Under the pieces are notes generated by a model that was not told the DNA's origin, made no database searches, and saw only the letters and a list, made by a program, of their open reading frames with translations. Positions 1-9,605 of a stretch of DNA of 25,243 bases are shown one piece after another. A program made the position numbers and the translations under genes. The stretch is taken from the IMG/VR virus record IMGVR_UViG_3300009447_000043, positions 1 through 25,243 of that record, one strand, 5' to 3'. Origin of the DNA: a virus (taxonomy: Duplodnaviria; Caudoviricetes). Position 1 is the first letter of the stretch. Each line of letters begins with the position of its first letter.

Positions 1-1
1 A

Positions 2-3000
2 GACGTTAGTAAATTTAGTTTTTAAATTGGTGAAAAATCCATTTTCACCCGCAGTAGTTGGTTCGCCGTCCGCGCCAACTGGAACTTTCTCTCCACCTCC
101 GACTTTAAATTGATTAAGGTCACGCTCACCCCCAGCTGTAGCACCAGCAGCTGATGGGGCTGCGGTCATAACTACATAAAGAGGATCTGTTTTTGTGCCG
201 CAAGGCTTCTTACAGGCTGCGTCTTTAAGTGCTTCTGCGCCAGCCTCTGCGCCTGATTTTGCAGCTTCCGTTCCTCCTGAAACTCCATTTGCTGGCGTAG
301 ATGTGGATGAGGGAGATCCGATACCAAAAATATCTTTAATTCCACCACTGACTTTTTTCACGCCATCAAATAAACCCGTGGTAGCTTGAGCTGCTGCTTG
401 TTGTAAAAACGCATCCCTCATGTAGCCTAAGAAATTTCTTCCAGCATCGGATAAAGCATCATCTAAATCTTTGGCCCCGCTTACAGCATCAATTAATGCT
501 GTTCCTAAATTCTCTGAGAATTTTAATGGGACCTCTGTCCCTAGTTCGAGTTTAAAGTTGTCTACCTTATCTTTTAGAGATGCGAGACCAATATTTAAAC
601 CTTTTGTAAAATTGACGTTGTCCGCTTCATTTTTTATGTTTCTCACTGTTTCGAGGTTCACTTCCAACACATCTGATTGGTTTTCTAGCACAGACAATTG
701 ATCTTCCAGCGCTTTAATTTGCTCATTAGTTAATGACGTCTGTGTCAAGTTGGCGCTCGCTAGTTTTTGACTTATAACCTCCTTTTTGTCTTCAATATCT
801 GCTTGTTGTTCACCGAATGATAATTCTTGCTTTTTAAGCTCCAGAGTCCTCAACTGTGCCGATGTCAGTATGGCGGAATTTGCTATCTGTTGGTCTAACA
901 AACCATTAGCTTTAGCGTTTGCTAAATTTCTTATATTAGAATTAGCGGTTTGGGTTGATTGTAGGCTTACTAAAGTTGCGTTAAGTGCAACATCGCCTTT
1001 TAAAATATCAGAGTTCGTTTGTGCAATAAAAAGTTTATTTTCAACAACCTTTAAACCCTCTTGATTTATTGCTAGCAAAGCCTTAGCCTCGGAAGATATC
1101 TTTGAATTAAGATTGTTTTGCTTTAGAGTAAGCATGACTCCTTCTAAAATTAAATCATCCTTCTCTTTTAATAAATCATTCAGCTTAGCCTGGGAGGTAA
1201 TTTGAGATATCTCGCTAGTATTTCTACCTTGTTTTTTTGCTACAACCCTATCAACCTCCACTTTGGTTTCTACGGTCTGTCTTTTTAACTGCTCTAGAGT
1301 TATGTTTCTTTGGGTTTTTAACCTTTCTTCTTCTGCAGCAAGTAGAGCTGCCGCCTCTACATTAGCTCTTTGATAACCCCCTATTTGGCTATCCAGTTCG
1401 ACGGTTAATTGAGTAGCCAAACCAACTTCATCTTTTTTGAGGAGGTTTACAGCTTCTTGGATACCCTGTGTATCTGTCGCTGATTCTAAAGCTGCTTTGA
1501 ATTTCGCCGCCAACTCCGCTTCAATCTGGTTTTGTTCGTCAAGACCTGTTATTGTGTCTAACACTGTATCTTTAACGTCGTTGAGATTTTTTTGTGTGTT
1601 ATTTATAAAATCTGCCTGAGCCTTCAACTCGTCATTTTGAAGAGATAAAACTGTTTTAAGTGTTTGGTTTGTTGTTAGCGCTTGTCTAAATGTATTCGCT
1701 AATTGATCTGCTTGTTGGTTAGCTTCTGAATTCAGAAAAGATTCTTGAGCTGAAGATTTGATATCGTTAAAAAGATCACGGATAGAAAGAACCTTATCAG
1801 TTGCCGCATCATATGATCCCAGAACAGACGCATCTATCCCTATATCTAGAGCTATTTTTGCTTTATTAAGAACATCCAACCTTTCTTGGATGCGGCTTAT
1901 TTCTTCTTGTGTTTCTCTAAGTCTCGTGTTAGCACTCTCCCCTACTGTCAACCCAGCATCGCTCCTTTGTTGAGTCAAATCTTTGCCAGTGAGGCGACCT
2001 GATTTACCTTTACCAAGAACCGCATTTAAAGAAGTCTCCCTTTCTTTAAGCCTTTCTAATTTAGTGCTGCCACGATCAATTTGTTTTTGCGCTGCTGCTT
2101 TTTGCTTTTGTTTTTCTTCTATATCGCCAGCTGCAGCGGCTTTTTCTAGGAATGTTGTATTTTTTGCTCTAGCAGCCGCCTCTCTTTCCGCAGCTTTAGC
2201 TGATTTACCAAAAGCACTAGTTATTAATCCAATACCACTTGTACCAGTAGCGACTTTAATCAAACCATTAAGAGCTGTAAAACCTAAAATCAAAGGTCCT
2301 ATAACTGGCAAAAACCTAGAAAAACCTGCACCGACTTTAAATAAAGTTTTAAGAACACCTGCGCCTGCTGTTGATGTGGCTTTTTTAGAGAATACACCCG
2401 CCGCCAAATCTATGCCCCCTTTACCTACGCCTGTCGCAGCTGCTGCCTTGCCTGCACCAAACCCAGCCTTCAAAGCTTTTGCTCCACTTTTGAGTCTTCC
2501 GACACCCAAAAGACTGCTAGCTATTTTAGCAAATGCGGCTTTAGCGTCGCCACCAAGTAATCCAACTGTTTGTAGTGATATTAGTGCGGTAATAAATACC
2601 TGAGTAGCGTCAGCGGCATCAGATAGTCTTCTTGCAAAACCGCTAGATTCGTCTGTAATTGTACCAAACGCACTACTCAAACCATAAGAAACGGTTTGCA
2701 GCGCTAGTATTGTACCCAGCTGGTTTGTATTAGACTTATTAAGTTTATCTCCAGATTTAGCCACTCTTTCTAGGCTTTTTTCAGGACTATCGTTTGGTGA
2801 AGCAAAATTTGGTATAAAACCGCCAGCCGATCTACCGCTAGGGATTCTTCCTGTTGGTTCGTCTCTGGTGTTTGTGACGGCTAATCCTTGTGGGTTCCTT
2901 GAATTGCGAAGCTTGCCACTTTGGTTTATTCTTATTTGATTAACAGAAAGTCCTGCGGCTTTTTCTCTTGATATAGCATCCTCAAGAGCGGTAGTAACCG

Positions 3001-5605
3001 TCTTATTTAAAAATCCATCTCCAGCAAAATTAGGGATAAAACCCCTAGATGATCGTTTTGTAGGGCCAAATTCTTTTTTCTGGCCGCTTGCACTAAACAC
3101 TCCTCCAGCCCGAACTTTTGCTGCTTTTATTTCTCCTGAAGCATCTTTTGATATTCTATTGCCGCCGCCACTAAACTTCTCTATTTTGTTGGCCATACTT
3201 TTATTGATATCTGGACTGATACCAATTTTAGCTTCTACAAATTTTTGATCTGTTAAAGATGGGAACAAGCCACTTAAATCTTCAATGGCTCTATCTCCTA
3301 TAAAGTCAAACGTTGCTGTTTGCCCCCCATCAAATTCAGGAGACTTTAAAAGAGAACTTATAGCTGCCTCAAATATAACTCCAGCCAAAGAAGAAACGGA
3401 CCCAGCATTACCCAATTTCGTTTTTGATTCAGGGGTTGGTTCGCCATTAGTCATAGTAAGAGCTTCCCTTGTGGCCAAATTTATCCCAAAATCTTTTACA
3501 TCTTTTATAAGCTCATCTTGATTTTTTGATTTTAAATTGGTTTTTGAATAACCAAACACATCAAACTGGTATGACTGCCCACTTTTAGCAAGGGCGGTTT
3601 GCCTTGGACTTCCGCCTGGAATCGGCACAACCATAGCATATTTTGAATTATATATAGGAGGCTTTCCGTTGGACTTTTGTTGTTTTTTAGCAAAATTCGG
3701 GATAAAACCACCAGCAGCATTTATTTTTTTAGCACCAGAAGGTAGACCCATTGTTCTAACCATATTGCGATTAAAAATAGCATCCCCACCACCAGCATAA
3801 TTTGGTACAAAATATTCGCTACTATTAGCTACCATCGTTCCCCGCTTACCGCCACCAAAAGCAAAATTTGGAATTGAAACGACTTTAGAGCTAGATGGCG
3901 CACCACCCACCCCGCGAGAAACATCACGAGATTCAGCACTCACATATCCATCAGCAGCTCTACCGCCTGGCTTTCTAACGCCAGATTCTCCACCTCTTAA
4001 ACCAGCCCCAAATAGCGCTGGAGTAACCGTGGCGGCTACTTGTTGAACTCTTGCAAGTGATGCTGCTTGCTGATTATAAATTTTTAATAAAGCTAATTCT
4101 TGAGCAGCTTTATCTCCACTTAGAGATAAAACTCTTCTTTGTATATCTTCGTTTTGTAAAAGAGTTTGAAGAATAGATTTTTGTAAAATACTTTGTTGTT
4201 GAGCCGCTTTGTTTACCCCTAAAAGAGATTTCAAAGAAGTCACACCAAACTTCGTTAAATCAACAAATAATTTAACAAATATAGCTCCGACTAAAGCTAA
4301 ACCAGGACCAGTTAATACAGCCCCGATGCCAGAAACTATACCTTTAGCGAATTTAGATCCAACAGAATCCCCTTGGAGTAAAGTTGAAATCTTTTCAATA
4401 GCACCCGAAACGGTTCTTAAGAGGTCTTTGGCTGCATCAGCAAAACCAATATCCCCCAATATAGAAGAAAATTCTTGAGCAGAGATTTTTACATTGTTAA
4501 TTAAAGCTTCTAAAGTTACATTTAAAGCTTCATTTTTCGCATCTAAACTACCAACAGAGCCACCTATTACTTCTAAAACTTGAGTAAATTTGCTGCCTTC
4601 ATTACCTAAATCTTCGAAAAGAGTAAGTAAATTTTCTATCTGTCTAGCTCCAGCTACTTTTTCTAAAATAGCAGAGCCTTCTAAACTTTTTACGCCACCC
4701 AACTCTTCGACTTTTTTCTTTAAGTCTTCCATTAGTGGTATAAACGGGCGGATCTTTTTTTCCGAATCTAAAACAGCTATACCTAATTCGTCGAAAGTTG
4801 ATAAAACATCCGCTCTTTTGGTTCTAGTAAAAATGGTCTTGAAAGCATTACCAATAACAGCTCCACCTCTCTGAGTTCTTTCTTCAACAGTTGTTACGAT
4901 AGCAAGTAACTCATTAAAAGAAACGCCAGCAGCTCTAGCTGAAGATGAAGATCTTTTCAAACCTTCTATCAAACTTTCGGTGGATGTAGCAAACTTGGTA
5001 TCTACTTGAGAAAGTCTATCACCAATTTGGGCTACAGTTAAGCCAGAACCTTCAAAACCCTTAAACGCAGCGGTTATTCCAGAAACAGCTTTCTGAGAAT
5101 CTATGCCAGCCACACGGACTAATTTTAAAGCGACAGAAACTCTTTCTAGTGATTGCTCAACACTTAAACCTTGACGAGCTAATTCTAGAGCGCCTTCAGC
5201 AACTTGATCAAAAGCTGTGCCAGTATTTTTAGCTACATCGAATATACCAGAACCAAATTGTTTGATTTGCTTCTCAGTGCCACCAAGAATAGTATTAATT
5301 TTTGCAAAAGTAGCCTCGACCTTGATCGTATTTGAGACGAGAGCGCCAAAAGCTTGAGATAATTTATTTATAACAGCAACAGAAGCACCGAAAGCTAGGA
5401 CACGCGCATTTGACGCCTCTAACGACTTTCTAAATTCGTCAGCTTGGCCAGTTATTTTACCTAACGGTCTAGTTAATTTATTAAGTGACGCTGCTCCACC
5501 GCTAAAATCAACTTGCTTAGCCTTGGATTTGATGTTTGACAAAGCAGCATCAACCTTAGCGGTGATTACTGGATCAAATTCTATTCCTATTTTTTCCCTA
5601 GCCAT
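2..5605 (-). CDS. Tail tape measure protein, 3' end beyond the left edge (at least 1868 codons)
   Basis: ATG at 5605 gives MAREKIGIEFDPVITAKVDAALSNIK...AFDQVAEGALELARQGLSVEQSLERVSVALKL...GGAVIGNAFKTIFTR, resembling the TP901-type TMP core. The same frame is open in the segments I translated (5605-5280, 4800-4740, most of 3960-2800, 100-2); an internal stop would have placed a long ORF in the track. Ala/Gly-rich hydrophobic and coiled-coil stretches; follows probable tail chaperones. Confidence 0.92.
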   Translation of the reverse strand, partial: MAREKIGIEFDPVITAKVDAALSNIKSKAKQVDFSGGAASLNKLTRPLGKITGQADEFRKSLEASNARVLAFGASVAVINKLSQAFGALVSNTIKVEATFAKINTILGGTEKQIKQFGSGIFDVAKNTGTAFDQVAEGALELARQGLSVEQSLERVSVALKLVRVAGIDSQKAVSGITAAFKGFEGSGLTVAQIGDRLSQVDTKFATSTESLIEGLKRSSSSARAAGVSFNELLAIVTTVEERTQRGGAVIGNAFKTIFTRTKRADVLSTFDELGIAVLDSEKKIRPFIPLMEDLKKKVEELGGVKSLEGSAILEKVAGARQIENLLTLFEDLGNEGSKFTQVLEVIGGSVGSLDAKNEALNVTLEALINNVKISAQEFSSILGDIGFADAAKDLLRTVSGAIEKISTLLQGDSVGSKFAKGIVSGIGAVLTGPGLALVGAIFVKLFVDLTKFGVTSLKSLLGVNKAAQQQSILQKSILQTLLQNEDIQRRVLSLSGDKAAQELALLKIYNQQAASLARVQQVAATVTPALFGAGLRGGESGVRKPGGRAADGYVSAESRDVSRGVGGAPSSSKVVSIPNFAFGGGKRGTMVANSSEYFVPNYAGGGDAIFNRNMVRTMGLPSGAKKINAAGGFIPNFAKKQQKSNGKPPIYNSKYAMVVPIPGGSPRQTALAKSGQSYQFDVFGYSKTNLKSKNQDELIKDVKDFGINLATREALTMTNGEPTPESKTKLGNAGSVSSLAGVIFEAAISSLLKSPEFDGGQTATFDFIGDRAIEDLSGLFPSLTDQKFVEAKIGISPDINKSMANKIEKFSGGGNRISKDASGEIKAAKVRAGGVFSASGQKKEFGPTKRSSRGFIPNFAGDGFLNKTVTTALEDAISREKAAGLSVNQIRINQSGKLRNSRNPQGLAVTNTRDEPTGRIPSGRSAGGFIPNFASPNDSPEKSLERVAKSGDKLNKSNTNQLGTILALQTVSYGLSSAFGTITDESSGFARRLSDAADATQVFITALISLQTVGLLGGDAKAAFAKIASSLLGVGRLKSGAKALKAGFGAGKAAAATGVGKGGIDLAAGVFSKKATSTAGAGVLKTLFKVGAGFSRFLPVIGPLILGFTALNGLIKVATGTSGIGLITSAFGKSAKAAEREAAARAKNTTFLEKAAAAGDIEEKQKQKAAAQKQIDRGSTKLERLKERETSLNAVLGKGKSGRLTGKDLTQQRSDAGLTVGESANTRLRETQEEISRIQERLDVLNKAKIALDIGIDASVLGSYDAATDKVLSIRDLFNDIKSSAQESFLNSEANQQADQLANTFRQALTTNQTLKTVLSLQNDELKAQADFINNTQKNLNDVKDTVLDTITGLDEQNQIEAELAAKFKAALESATDTQGIQEAVNLLKKDEVGLATQLTVELDSQIGGYQRANVEAAALLAAEEERLKTQRNITLEQLKRQTVETKVEVDRVVAKKQGRNTSEISQITSQAKLNDLLKEKDDLILEGVMLTLKQNNLNSKISSEAKALLAINQEGLKVVENKLFIAQTNSDILKGDVALNATLVSLQSTQTANSNIRNLANAKANGLLDQQIANSAILTSAQLRTLELKKQELSFGEQQADIEDKKEVISQKLASANLTQTSLTNEQIKALEDQLSVLENQSDVLEVNLETVRNIKNEADNVNFTKGLNIGLASLKDKVDNFKLELGTEVPLKFSENLGTALIDAVSGAKDLDDALSDAGRNFLGYMRDAFLQQAAAQATTGLFDGVKKVSGGIKDIFGIGSPSSTSTPANGVSGGTEAAKSGAEAGAEALKDAACKKPCGTKTDPLYVVMTAAPSAAGATAGGERDLNQFKVGGGEKVPVGADGEPTTAGENGFFTNLKTKFTNV

Positions 5606-5614
5606 ATAATGGTT

Positions 5615-5621
5615 TTACACT
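5615..5621 (-). promoter_or_regulatory. AGTGTAA box, putative phage late promoter of the tape measure gene
   Basis: Minus strand TAAGTGTAAAACCATTATATG; 9 nt between box and ATG; overlaps the upstream TAA stop. Confidence 0.6.
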
Positions 5622-6595
5622 TAATTTCCGTGTAGAGCCATCATTTCTTTCATATTCAGCGATCCGCCTTTTTTCTTTATTTCTTTCGATAAATCGACAA
5701 CGGTTTCGCCATTTTTCTTTAATAATTCTATATCTTCTTTGTCTGCACCAAAATAAGTTGAGGCCCCCTCTCTGCCGCTATGATCAACTTTTCTAGAATC
5801 ACCGTGTTGGTTTTCATAAAAACCAATTAAAAGATCTGGATCTTTGGCTACGTTTTCTGGAATTTTCTCTGAAGAGTTTTTAAAAATACTCAAAAAATAC
5901 CTAGCATAAGATATCAACTTCAATTGGAAGTTGGTTAAATTTTTTAAGGGTTGGCCAAATACACCTATTACATCTTCGCAAAATGGAAGATATAAAGAAA
6001 AATGGCCGCTGAGTACCGCTTTTGAAATATTTTTATCTTGAAATTTTGAAAAGAAATCTTTCTGAAATACATACATCTGTATCTCTTTGGTTTGTTCGTT
6101 TATATAAAGACTATCAAATACTGGATTTTTATATTCTTTATCGTAAAACAACATGCTTTCGACTATTATTTTTTGTATAGCGTTGTTAACATATTTTTCA
6201 CAGGTTAAGCCCAAAATACCAGACCGATCCGAGCGCATATTATTTATTAAAACATTTTTGTCTTCTATTTCTTTTACCATCTTTTTCTTTTGCGATGGCA
6301 ACACAATTTGAGAATAAACATTATTTAAAGATTTAACCTCTGATTCATATTTTTTTATCAAATCCTCCTCTTCTTGAGTCCACATTTCTTGGTGTATGCT
6401 GTCAGCTAACGCTTCCTCCTCGGTTTGCAAACCCTTAGAAACAGCTTCCCCATGTAGAAGAGAGGTTTTTGATATAATATCCCTTTGCTCGTGTTGCAAT
6501 AAATGCTTAAAGTATAAAGGACCAAAAGAACTATTGATTACAGAAACCCCCTGTAATATTTCAGATATTATATCTAAATCTAAATCACTATCCAT
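5621..6595 (-). CDS. Hypothetical protein, probable tail assembly chaperone (324 aa)
   Basis: Long helical/coiled-coil ORF directly upstream of the TMP; function from position only. Confidence 0.55.
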   Translation of the reverse strand: MDSDLDLDIISEILQGVSVINSSFGPLYFKHLLQHEQRDIISKTSLLHGEAVSKGLQTEEEALADSIHQEMWTQEEEDLIKKYESEVKSLNNVYSQIVLPSQKKKMVKEIEDKNVLINNMRSDRSGILGLTCEKYVNNAIQKIIVESMLFYDKEYKNPVFDSLYINEQTKEIQMYVFQKDFFSKFQDKNISKAVLSGHFSLYLPFCEDVIGVFGQPLKNLTNFQLKLISYARYFLSIFKNSSEKIPENVAKDPDLLIGFYENQHGDSRKVDHSGREGASTYFGADKEDIELLKKNGETVVDLSKEIKKKGGSLNMKEMMALHGN

Positions 6596-7319
6596 CCTGC
6601 TTCAAAAACTTATCTATATCATCGCTGGTAGCATCTTGCGAGAAAAACCAGTAACCGATAATTTTAGATAACTTAATGACAGCGTCATAGTAAAACCCAC
6701 CTTCTTCTTCATATTTAGCATAAAAATCCTCAAGCTTTTCTTCAAAATCAACACCACTAAAAAAAGATTCGTTTTCGTCGTCTTTATTAACCACCTTAGA
6801 TAGATTAATAACATACCACAAAAGAGTTTCTCTCTCAGCTTTTGCGTCTGCTGTGTGCTGATAAACGGTTTGCAAAGATGTTTCTAGGTTGACCAAGTCT
6901 CTTCTGAGAGAATTAATCTTTAACTCTAACTTGTCTGCCTTATCTTTTTCTTTTGGGTCATCAAGAGCCTTAATCAACTGAAATTCGGTCTCCATATCAT
7001 TTAACTTCTTCAAAGATTGAAGCAGCTCTTTAGATTCATCGTCTGATAAAGCCCCTCCATTATCTGCATATTTCTTCACAAGCATAGCTTTTGTGACAAT
7101 GCCCATTTTAATAGCCTTGCTTAACTGTACAGAATAATATACTTCTGCATCATCAGCCATACGTCTGGTAGGTTTTTCTATAACAAATTTAACTGGCACT
7201 TTGACAGTTTTGTTTGAAATAACAGTCTCTTCTTCCCCGTTTTTATTTTTTCTCTTTTTTTCAATAGCCTGCTTTTCAGACTTTGTTTCCGTAAACTCGT
7301 AAATGCTTTTTTTTGACAT
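6588..7319 (-). CDS. Hypothetical protein, probable tail assembly chaperone (243 aa)
   Basis: Charged coiled-coil ORF overlapping the next gene by 8 nt; position upstream of the TMP. Confidence 0.55.
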   Translation of the reverse strand: MSKKSIYEFTETKSEKQAIEKKRKNKNGEEETVISNKTVKVPVKFVIEKPTRRMADDAEVYYSVQLSKAIKMGIVTKAMLVKKYADNGGALSDDESKELLQSLKKLNDMETEFQLIKALDDPKEKDKADKLELKINSLRRDLVNLETSLQTVYQHTADAKAERETLLWYVINLSKVVNKDDENESFFSGVDFEEKLEDFYAKYEEEGGFYYDAVIKLSKIIGYWFFSQDATSDDIDKFLKQDG

Positions 7320-7321
7320 AA

Positions 7322-7612
7322 TTAATTTTTAAACCTAAATTCTACCGTTAGATTATCTAACTCACTATTATAATCTCGCAAAACAGAATTTCCAATGTCA
7401 AGAACTCTTTTTCTATAAATTTCATAATATTCATCATCAAAATAATCAGCCATTTCGATTAACGAATGGTTTTCTTTTGGCAAGCTGTCATAAAGCTTCT
7501 CAAAATTAATTTCGTGAACTGCTTGCATCTCCTCTAAAACTTGTAAAAAAGATTTAAACAGAAACCTAATATGATGACCTGATCGATCATTTAAAAACTC
7601 CTTTGCAATCAT
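7322..7612 (-). CDS. Hypothetical protein (96 aa)
   Basis: Fills the gap in the operon, 2 nt from the next gene; purine-rich AGGGATAAGGA and an AGTGTAA box upstream. Confidence 0.75.
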   Translation of the reverse strand: MIAKEFLNDRSGHHIRFLFKSFLQVLEEMQAVHEINFEKLYDSLPKENHSLIEMADYFDDEYYEIYRKRVLDIGNSVLRDYNSELDNLTVEFRFKN

Positions 7613-7635
7613 AATAATCCTTATCCCTACTACAC

Positions 7636-7656
7636 ATTACACTAAAATAGTGTAAT
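7636..7656. promoter_or_regulatory. Back-to-back AGTGTAA boxes forming a perfect 9-bp inverted repeat
   Basis: ATTACACTA-AAA-TAGTGTAAT between divergent starts at 7612 (-) and 7664 (+). Confidence 0.65.
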
Positions 7657-7663
7657 AATAGAT

Positions 7664-8119
7664 ATGCCCACCTCTTTAATATCTGAATCGCAAAAAAATA
7701 CAATTAAAGACATAATAGATGATATCCACGAAACATTCGCTAGAGATATTACTGTTTATGAAGAGGGGGAGAAAGTTTTAATAGCTTCTAGCTCTCAGTT
7801 TAACGGAATTTATGGCAGGACATCTGGCGGGGAGAGTACAACACAAAGAACAGTTATCTCCCACACAATAAATGCTAGAATAAAATATATTAATGCAGAC
7901 AAAGATGTATTTAATACCTCCTCAGCATCTCAATTGGGTATTGAATATATAGATGGCTTGGTAAGAATTACTGTAGACCTTCCTGGCTTTACAATCTTAA
8001 AAGAAGCAAAACGCTGCGAGTTTGAGGGTAGAAAATATACAATAAGTAGCAAAGGAAACCCAACAGGCATCTTCGGGCCTCAGTATTATCATTTTTACCT
8101 ATCCCCAATTGAAGAATAA
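7664..8119 (+). CDS. Probable head-closure/stopper protein (151 aa)
   Basis: Size, beta-rich C-terminus (CEFEGRKYTISS...YYHFYL) and first position in the neck-tube block. Confidence 0.55.
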   Translation: MPTSLISESQKNTIKDIIDDIHETFARDITVYEEGEKVLIASSSQFNGIYGRTSGGESTTQRTVISHTINARIKYINADKDVFNTSSASQLGIEYIDGLVRITVDLPGFTILKEAKRCEFEGRKYTISSKGNPTGIFGPQYYHFYLSPIEE

Positions 8120-8703
8120 TGTCTCTTTCCACTAAAGTAAAATCAGAATTAATAAGGAAGGCTCCAGCAGCGGTTAAATTGAATGTTCAAAAAAGATTTC
8201 AAAAAGCGTTTCAAAAAATTAAAAATGAAATGATTGCGGATTTCATGAATCACCCAGTTACTCTTGAAATTAATGGCGGGACAGCGGCCCGAAATATAAG
8301 CGGCACACTTAATGGTATAACAAACCTTTTTTCGTTTATTGGTTTTGAGAAAGGCTCTGACCCAATAAGAGACATAGAGGACTTGCTATACGAAACTGAT
8401 TTTGAATTTGTCAGAACTACAAACAACTCGATTGAGTTCGCCGTAAACATACCAGACGCTAAAGATATTTTTGATGTCACCCCTATGCCCTGGTCACCAG
8501 GTAGGAGTTGGGTCAAAGGGATTGAAACAGGAATTTCTGGACTGGGTTATTATTTAAAAACAGAAAGGGATACGAGTAGATCTGGGCTTGGTATTCAATC
8601 CGCAAAACAAGTTAGAAAAAAAGGTGTAAAGTTTAAAAATACAACTTATATTTCTCAATTTTTAAAAGAATATAGAAAAAAATTTAAAAACATAAAAATA
8701 TGA
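8119..8703 (+). CDS. Probable neck/tail completion protein (194 aa)
   Basis: Basic termini; occupies the HK97 gp10/lambda gpZ syntenic slot; TAATG and ATGA coupling to neighbours. Confidence 0.45.
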   Translation: MSLSTKVKSELIRKAPAAVKLNVQKRFQKAFQKIKNEMIADFMNHPVTLEINGGTAARNISGTLNGITNLFSFIGFEKGSDPIRDIEDLLYETDFEFVRTTNNSIEFAVNIPDAKDIFDVTPMPWSPGRSWVKGIETGISGLGYYLKTERDTSRSGLGIQSAKQVRKKGVKFKNTTYISQFLKEYRKKFKNIKI

Positions 8704-9548
8704 AACCTCAATACCAGCACGAATTAATGACCAGTTTTTTGCTTTGGTTTGATAACCATTTGCTACAAAAAGGAGAGGCTTATTCTAATAAGACTGGTAC
8801 ATTATATAGTTTTGAAGATTCCAGGCTCCCTAGCTCCTATAAAGTTTTTGCAAGCCCATACAAACAGTGGGTATCTGATTCCTCTATAACTGGGGAAGTA
8901 AACCCAATCATTCCGACGTCTTTCGTGGGCTTAGACAGAACAGATGACTTGATTTTCGATTTTGAAAATGGTAGGGTTATAGAAACTGGCGGTAATTTAA
9001 TTGGTAATGAAGTTTTAACTGGGGAATTTGCGGTTAAAGACTTTAACGTGTACTTTACCAACGAAACAGAAGAGGATTTAATTTTAGAAAATAAATTTGA
9101 GTTAAATAGCAGATATCAACAAACCCCAGAAGCCATTGATCCATATGATCAAGTGGTCCCAGCAATTTTCTTGAATTGCGAATACATGAGAAACGAAGGT
9201 TTTGCATTCGGTGGGGAAGATCTTACCAAGACGACAATAAGAGCGGTTGTTCTGGCTGAAAATTCTTATCAATTAGATGGTGTATTATCAATTTTCGCAG
9301 ATTCATCTAGGAAAGCTATTGTAAAAATACCTTTTTCAATGTATCCCACAACAGAATACGGGGACATAAAAAACGATTACTATAATTACACGGGTTTAAT
9401 TTCTTCTTATGATGGTAGTAATAAGTACTTCATCGACGATGTAACCGTATCAAAATTCTCAGAAAGAGCGCAAAATAATTCTCCAGGTGATGTCCAAGTT
9501 GGTTTCATAGACTTTGACGTCTCTACAGTTAGGATGCCTCGTTCTTAA
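8700..9548 (+). CDS. Probable tail terminator/completion protein (282 aa)
   Basis: Directly upstream of the tail tube gene; VVPAIFL...TTIRAVVLAE...IDFDV strand pattern is compatible with gpU/gp15-like proteins. Confidence 0.5.
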   Translation: MKPQYQHELMTSFLLWFDNHLLQKGEAYSNKTGTLYSFEDSRLPSSYKVFASPYKQWVSDSSITGEVNPIIPTSFVGLDRTDDLIFDFENGRVIETGGNLIGNEVLTGEFAVKDFNVYFTNETEEDLILENKFELNSRYQQTPEAIDPYDQVVPAIFLNCEYMRNEGFAFGGEDLTKTTIRAVVLAENSYQLDGVLSIFADSSRKAIVKIPFSMYPTTEYGDIKNDYYNYTGLISSYDGSNKYFIDDVTVSKFSERAQNNSPGDVQVGFIDFDVSTVRMPRS

Positions 9549-9549
9549 T

Positions 9550-9570
9550 TTCACACTTCACATTTCACAT
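9550..9570 (+). repeat. Three tandem heptamers TTCACAC-TTCACAT-TTCACAT
   Basis: Read directly in the intergenic region before the tail tube gene. Confidence 0.8.
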
Positions 9571-9602
9571 TTAAAACTTTTAACTGTAAACAATACTAAA
9601 AT
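9563..9602 (+). promoter_or_regulatory. Extended promoter-like element TTTCACA-N13-ACTGTAAACAATACTAAAAT
   Basis: The 20-nt block at 9583-9602 and the 13-nt spacing are identical to those at 14850-14889 on the minus strand. Confidence 0.75.
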
Positions 9603-9605
9603 ATC

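Noticed and set aside
195-4874. Numerous short plus-strand ORFs and the minus-strand ORF 3532-3720
   Set aside because: Antisense or alternate-frame shadows of the tape measure gene, with no independent signals or recognisable motifs.
6588-6620. Programmed -1 frameshift fusing the two putative tail chaperones (lambda G/GT type)
   Set aside because: The downstream gene is in the +1 frame with in-frame stops just upstream of its ATG, and no canonical XXXYYYZ heptamer lies at the junction; translational coupling is simpler.
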